The translations under genes were made by a program, and so were the position numbers. DNA of 20,000 nucleotides from an uncultured virus (IMG/VR IMGVR_UViG_3300006213_002470) (taxonomy: Duplodnaviria > Heunggongvirae > Uroviricota > Caudoviricetes): the IMG/VR virus record IMGVR_UViG_3300006213_002470; one strand, written 5' to 3'. Position 1 is the stretch's first letter. Each line of letters starts with the position of its first letter. Shown in pieces: positions 15,727-20,000 of this stretch. The notes beneath the pieces were generated by a model. It saw only the letters and a list, made by a program, of their open reading frames with translations, was not told the origin of the DNA and made no database searches.

Positions 15727-16609
15727 AAAACGCATTTTCCAAGGCAATATTCACATTCTCATTTGTTAAATCATACCAACTTACATTAGCCTTTTCTTCC
15801 TGTAGGCTCATTGCATTATTGAAGTCTTCTTCAGAACAGGGGGTACCATTTGCAAAATATTGAACAACAAGTTCATTATTAGAATTATACTGAGATATAC
15901 TATAATACAATTTATCAACCGTGAATCCATCCTTAGAAAATTCAAGTTTTCCTATTCCCGAGTCAGCAGCGCCGCCAGAAAATATGAATGTCCCATCTGT
16001 TTTCAAATCTATGAACTCCCTATAAGGCAATGTATACCCATAAACAGCTCCATCTTGATACCGAAGTATCTCAAATCCATAATCTGAGACTCCATTGATT
16101 TGCAACCAAAGCACAATTTCTTTTCCTCCATTGCCACTTAAATCTATAATCGAAAATTTAGTCGCTACTACTGAGATACTCTCATCATCCGTAACAACCT
16201 CTTTTATGTCTTCGAGATTTATTTTCCTGTTCTGTAATTCAGTGCTTATAAAATCTCCATTGTCTATAAGCACAGCTTTATAGCTTTCTTCTGCAAGTGG
16301 TAACTGCTCCTCTTTTCCATTGTTATTTACATCTGTAGAAGCTTGCGGTTGCCCGTTACTTTCTTCCACAGAAACTTGTGGCTTATCATTGCTTACTTCC
16401 ACAGAATCCTGCGATTGATCGTTACCTTCTTCAGAGTATTGATTTTCATTACCCACATTAGTTGTAGAAGAATCATCCATCACTCCACTCTCCCTGTTGG
16501 AATCTGCATTTTCTCCATTAAAGGTGCAAGAACAAAGCATACACATTAGTGCCACTCCTAATAAAATCAGATATGTGTGTTTACAAAAAATATTAAATTT
16601 CCGTTTCAT
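15725..16609 (-). CDS. Lipoprotein of unknown function (candidate immunity protein or inhibitor for the adjacent lysozyme)
   Basis: Basic N-terminus, hydrophobic stretch and lipobox LCSC, then a low-complexity linker and an acidic domain. AAGGAG RBS. Confidence 0.8.
   Translation of the reverse strand: MKRKFNIFCKHTYLILLGVALMCMLCSCTFNGENADSNRESGVMDDSSTTNVGNENQYSEEGNDQSQDSVEVSNDKPQVSVEESNGQPQASTDVNNNGKEEQLPLAEESYKAVLIDNGDFISTELQNRKINLEDIKEVVTDDESISVVATKFSIIDLSGNGGKEIVLWLQINGVSDYGFEILRYQDGAVYGYTLPYREFIDLKTDGTFIFSGGAADSGIGKLEFSKDGFTVDKLYYSISQYNSNNELVVQYFANGTPCSEEDFNNAMSLQEEKANVSWYDLTNENVNIALENAF
16313..16411 (-). repeat. Three degenerate 33-bp in-frame tandem repeats in the lipoprotein linker
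   Basis: QDSVEVSNDKP / QVSVEESNGQP / QASTDVNNNGK. Confidence 0.65.
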
Positions 16610-16736
16610 ATAAAATTATGCTCCTTTTCATTCATAGGTATATTTAACCTACAATTTACCAAATTGGCATCAATCAATTCTATTCCACTAAATCCGCTAA
16701 ATCTTACCTCTTTATTTCATTACCATCAATATTGCA

Positions 16737-16801
16737 ATTTTACTTCTAAATCCCTGTCAGTGTCAATCAAAACCCGATATTTTCTACATGACAGGGATTT
16801 A
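16737..16801 (-). promoter_or_regulatory. Lipoprotein promoter overlapped by a perfect 13-bp inverted repeat (candidate operator)
   Basis: TTGACA(16766-16761)-N18-TAAAAT(16742-16737). IR arms are TAAATCCCTGTCA (16747-16759) and TGACAGGGATTTA (16789-16801). Confidence 0.55.
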
Positions 16802-16969
16802 CAAAGCATACTCATAGTGACTACAAGAGCATAAATTGGACTATATTACATTTGGAGCTCAGATTATCCTTATATAAATTCTTATCCCCATATATAATCT
16901 CCACATCTCCCTCTGTAACAGCATACAATAACTGGCAAGAAACAGAAAATATTATTCACTTCCTACAAG

Positions 16970-17992
16970 TTATAAACTATTGTACCAAGCAGTTGCGTAT
17001 GAGGCTCTCTGATTCAATACAGCAATTCCGTCTCCAGATCTCTCATAATGATCATGGAATACTTTGGCCAGAGTGCCAGCATCCAACGTAGATGCCTTAA
17101 ACTCAGAAAAAGTCAGCCTAATTCCTGTATGATCCATGCTACCACCAGCGGTAGGCTTAAAAAAATCCCCCCTAGAAGTGCAACACCATAGTAAACAAGA
17201 TAACTCAGCATTCATAAGAGTCTTGGGATTACTGTTTGTTAAGTTATTAACAGCAGCTGCTGTGGCTGCACTTAATACACCCGTTTCCACTGCTCTGTTG
17301 AGGAATACAGTTGCCGGAGTCCATTGTACTAAGCCATAACCAAGAGAAGTATTATTTGATGACTGCCATATTCCGGGATTTATTCCACTTTCTTGCTGCA
17401 TATTACCTAAAACTCCACATGCCGCATTTTTTGTAAACCCTTGCTGCATCAAGTATGACAGTACATACTTTGCATTGCTTGTCATTTGTGCAGATGTTAA
17501 TGTTGATACGCCCGTACATACCGAAGCATAAACATTTCCTGTAACGACGCTACCACCACCGGGATATACATCATATCCGAACAAGTACTGCCACGTAAGA
17601 GAATTGACTACACCAGTATTACTGATCCCCATCTTCTGCTGAAATGTTTTTGTTGCTGATTCAGAGCCAGCGCCGAATGCACCATCTATTGAAACAGACT
17701 CAAACTTGTTAATTAAATACTGTGCTGCCCTTGCTGCATTATTAGAAGTACCTCTTTTCACCTCAACAACAATTGCAGCCAAAGTTGCAGGACCCGCTAT
17801 TCCATCAGGATCCAGATTATGTTTTGACTGATAGCTGGAAAGCGCCGTCTTAGTGCCGTTGCCAAAATTTCCATCAACAGAAATTGAAGCACCATGATAA
17901 TTAAGCAAACACTGCAATGCAGACACATTTGCTCCTTTGTTCCCTGACTTAATAGTAGGCCATTTCGGTGTTGTTGCGAAAACTGTTTCCAT
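16970..17992 (-). CDS. Peptidoglycan hydrolase: two PG_binding_1 domains plus a phage-tail-lysozyme (Phage_lysozyme2-like) domain
   Basis: DGNFGNGTKTALSSYQ...DGIAGPAT and DGAFG..SESATKTFQ repeats. Catalytic domain AACGVLGNMQQESGINP...GYGLVQWT...YERSG. Start re-assigned to 17992 (AAGGGG RBS). No signal peptide. Confidence 0.85.
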   Translation of the reverse strand: METVFATTPKWPTIKSGNKGANVSALQCLLNYHGASISVDGNFGNGTKTALSSYQSKHNLDPDGIAGPATLAAIVVEVKRGTSNNAARAAQYLINKFESVSIDGAFGAGSESATKTFQQKMGISNTGVVNSLTWQYLFGYDVYPGGGSVVTGNVYASVCTGVSTLTSAQMTSNAKYVLSYLMQQGFTKNAACGVLGNMQQESGINPGIWQSSNNTSLGYGLVQWTPATVFLNRAVETGVLSAATAAAVNNLTNSNPKTLMNAELSCLLWCCTSRGDFFKPTAGGSMDHTGIRLTFSEFKASTLDAGTLAKVFHDHYERSGDGIAVLNQRASYATAWYNSL

Positions 17993-18557
17993 AATTATAT
18001 CCCCTTTTTTTTGCAAATATTCAATTTTCATCATTTTTGTAATATTAATTTCATGTTACACTACTGAATTTTTATTTCCAGCCACCACTAAACAATATTT
18101 AGCTTGAATCCATCATAATCACCCCTTCTCTACTGTTTTTATGAAGTATTCATCGTTATACATACGCTGTCAACTAATGATGCACTCTTGATTTTTCTAT
18201 TTTTATACAACAATTTTCCAAGTTTGTTAATAGAATTTTGTAAATGTACAACTTTTCATTCTAATGTACAATATAAACATTCAACTTTGTATAGTACATC
18301 TCTATCCTTTATACAGACATCATTCCACCAAAACATAATATTTTAAACCATCATTATAATATTCTCATATATGCTTTGCTTTCTTACTTCAGCATCACTT
18401 CAATAAAAAACTAGTTTTTATTACATGAATCAAATATACTGCAATATCTCATTGAACGATGCCGTCTTTATGAAAATTCTTTTATCAATATTTTAAAATT
18501 ATATCAATTAGGTTTATTTTTGCACCCTCTTATACAAAATCTAAACCATACACACAG

Positions 18558-18693
18558 CCTGTTACTGTTCACTCCGTTCCAGTAACAGGTAAAAATCCAT
18601 GCAAAATCACCTTCGATGATGGTTTTTTACTTGGTTCCAGTAGGTTTTCGTACGAAATTAACAGTAACTGCTAATTCCTGTCTGAACAGTAAC
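18558..18693. repeat. Cluster of CAGTAAC boxes and palindromes (candidate oriT/ori)
   Basis: Perfect IR CCTGTTACTG/CAGTAACAGG (18558-18589), AACAGTAAC at 18660 and 18685, GTTCCAGTA twice (18576, 18634), and palindrome TTTCGTACGAAA (18646-18657). Lies upstream of the relaxase-like gene. Confidence 0.55.
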
Positions 18694-18729
18694 CACAGCA
18701 TTCTTCAATTTCAAAAATATTTTTATATC

Positions 18730-18759
18730 TTGCCAGCTATAACTTTCATGTGCTACAAT
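18730..18759 (+). promoter_or_regulatory. Sigma-A promoter with extended -10 for the Replic_Relax gene
   Basis: TTGCCA-N18-TACAAT, with TGTG-N immediately before the -10. Confidence 0.65.
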
Positions 18760-18807
18760 ACCTTTGTTATTATTAGCATTTAGCTCCTTTTGGACAAAAT
18801 ATAGATC

Positions 18808-18826
18808 AAATCCCTGGCAACAGGTT
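18808..18826 (+). promoter_or_regulatory. Conserved leader GNRA hairpin, copy 3
   Basis: AAATC-CCTG-GCAA-CAGG-TT immediately before a terminator. Confidence 0.6.
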
Positions 18827-18830
18827 ATTT

Positions 18831-18855
18831 AAGCTGCAGATTCTGCGGCTTTTTT
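18831..18855 (+). terminator. Leader intrinsic terminator upstream of the Replic_Relax gene
   Basis: AGCTGCAG-ATT-CTGCGGCT followed by TTTTT. Confidence 0.75.
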
Positions 18856-18884
18856 ATTTTGAACAGAAAGGAGTATTTAAACAA

Positions 18885-20000
18885 ATGCAAAACACACTAA
18901 ATTTTAAAGATACACTGATTAAGGAAGCCGGCTTGCTTTCCCTGACAAAAAGCGACTGCGACCTCTTTATTCTCGCCCAAGCAAACACACTAACCTACCA
19001 ACAGTTATCAGCCACTGGACTTCACGGCATTTCCACTACCGGAGGGCGACTGAGCTTGAAAAAGCTCACAGAACAGGGATACATAACGGGTAAGACCCTG
19101 CCAAATACCAATCGTGTAAGGTATTTCATCCTGACTGCAAAAGGGAAAACGCGCCTGGAAAAGATTTTTAGCAGTACATTTTTAAGCACAAAGCAGATTG
19201 ACCTTGAGCGCAGACCCCCGACAAGCCAGCAGCAACTCCCACACCGCATCCACACCAACGATTTATACTTTGCGTATCTCTCCTGCCCATACCTTGAAAT
19301 TCTCCCCGTATGGCAATTGGAGGCACGCTATCAGGCAGCATCGGAAAAACAACAGACACCCCGATGTGACGGTCTGCTTGAAACAGGATACGGCAATTAC
19401 TACATAGAGCTGGATAACCGTACGCAGGGAGATGCTGCATTAGAAAATAAGCTGTCACAATATATGGATTCTGATCTGTTTCTTGGCAAGAATGTAATGA
19501 AAAATGCCCTTGTTTTTACATTAAACACGGAAGTAAAATTGCCGCCGGTAAAGAAATCGCCCTATTCCGTATACCGGATCTTGCTAAAGGCCATCCGCAT
19601 ATGGCAGGCTCTGGAGAAGGAACAGGATAAAGCAATACATTTTTCAGCATTCTGCGACATTATGGAGAATGGCAGCTATCCTTATTTATGCCTGCTGTCA
19701 GGAAACGACAAAATTATTTTAAGGAATCTGTGCAGGCAATATCCCGATATCTCATTAAACGATGCAATCCTTATGAAAAAAGAATTCCTATATGATACAT
19801 CCCTACAGGATGAGCGCGTTTCCAATCAGGACGCGCTTTTTTTGAAACGTCTGAAGCAGAAATTTTACAGCATACTGGATAACCGCCACTACGCCACTCT
19901 GCATTACCGTATTAGACAGGGTATGCGTTTATATGCCATTCCTAACCATAGGCTGGCAGATAACATACCTTTTCATGGCGATCACATCCATGTTTCTTGA
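18885..20000 (+). CDS. Replication-relaxation family protein (wHTH plus PD-(D/E)XK-like; MOBC-type relaxase-like)
   Basis: N-terminal wHTH (LTYQQL...LKKLTEQGYI...YFILTAKG), then PHRIHTNDLY and PRCDGLL...YYIELDNRT...KLSQY. AAAGGAG RBS. The stop falls exactly at the window end. Confidence 0.75.
   Translation: MQNTLNFKDTLIKEAGLLSLTKSDCDLFILAQANTLTYQQLSATGLHGISTTGGRLSLKKLTEQGYITGKTLPNTNRVRYFILTAKGKTRLEKIFSSTFLSTKQIDLERRPPTSQQQLPHRIHTNDLYFAYLSCPYLEILPVWQLEARYQAASEKQQTPRCDGLLETGYGNYYIELDNRTQGDAALENKLSQYMDSDLFLGKNVMKNALVFTLNTEVKLPPVKKSPYSVYRILLKAIRIWQALEKEQDKAIHFSAFCDIMENGSYPYLCLLSGNDKIILRNLCRQYPDISLNDAILMKKEFLYDTSLQDERVSNQDALFLKRLKQKFYSILDNRHYATLHYRIRQGMRLYAIPNHRLADNIPFHGDHIHVS

Noticed and set aside
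16970..17992. Prophage lysis cassette
   Set aside because: No holin, tail or capsid genes are adjacent.
18099..18116. RBS-preceded mini-ORF MMDSS* upstream of the lysozyme
   Set aside because: Only 5 codons. It may be a gene relic but cannot be supported.
18673..18690. Fourth copy of the leader hairpin (AATTCCTGTCTGAACAGT)
   Set aside because: No GNRA loop, lies upstream of the promoter, and is better explained as part of the CAGTAAC box cluster.
680..19458. Numerous antisense or nested ORFs in the track (e.g. 1898-2422, 9966-10613, 10492-11139)
   Set aside because: They are shadows of well-supported genes and have no recognisable motifs.

Overview
This window looks like the accessory or backbone region of a large Firmicutes (Clostridia/Lachnospiraceae-like) mobile element. 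No integrase, T4SS or virion genes are visible, so the element type is inferred. A leftward operon (15450->4605) encodes a Rad52/22-like annealase with a probable OB fold, a PAPS-reductase-family protein, and a PRTRC-like ubiquitin-like (Ubl) module: E2 family D, a protein with four tandem Ubl-like repeats fused to a JAB peptidase, and a ThiF/E1. It continues with two paralogous unknown proteins, an Fe-S nuclease-like/UvrD helicase fusion and a HolA-like clamp-loader subunit. A divergent gene for a stand-alone RNAP alpha-CTD-like protein separates this from a second leftward operon of mostly unknown genes. To the right lie a peptidoglycan-binding lysozyme and lipoprotein pair, a repeat-rich putative oriT/ori, and a Replic_Relax (MOBC-like) gene. 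Two signals stand out. First, three separate sigma-A promoters are each followed by the same covarying GNRA hairpin (AATY-CCYR-GNAA-YRGG-T) and then an intrinsic terminator, suggesting an element-wide antitermination regulon. Second, the poly-Ubl-JAB fusion looks self-processing and sits among DNA replication and recombination genes. All protein family calls are from motif recognition by eye, not database searches.
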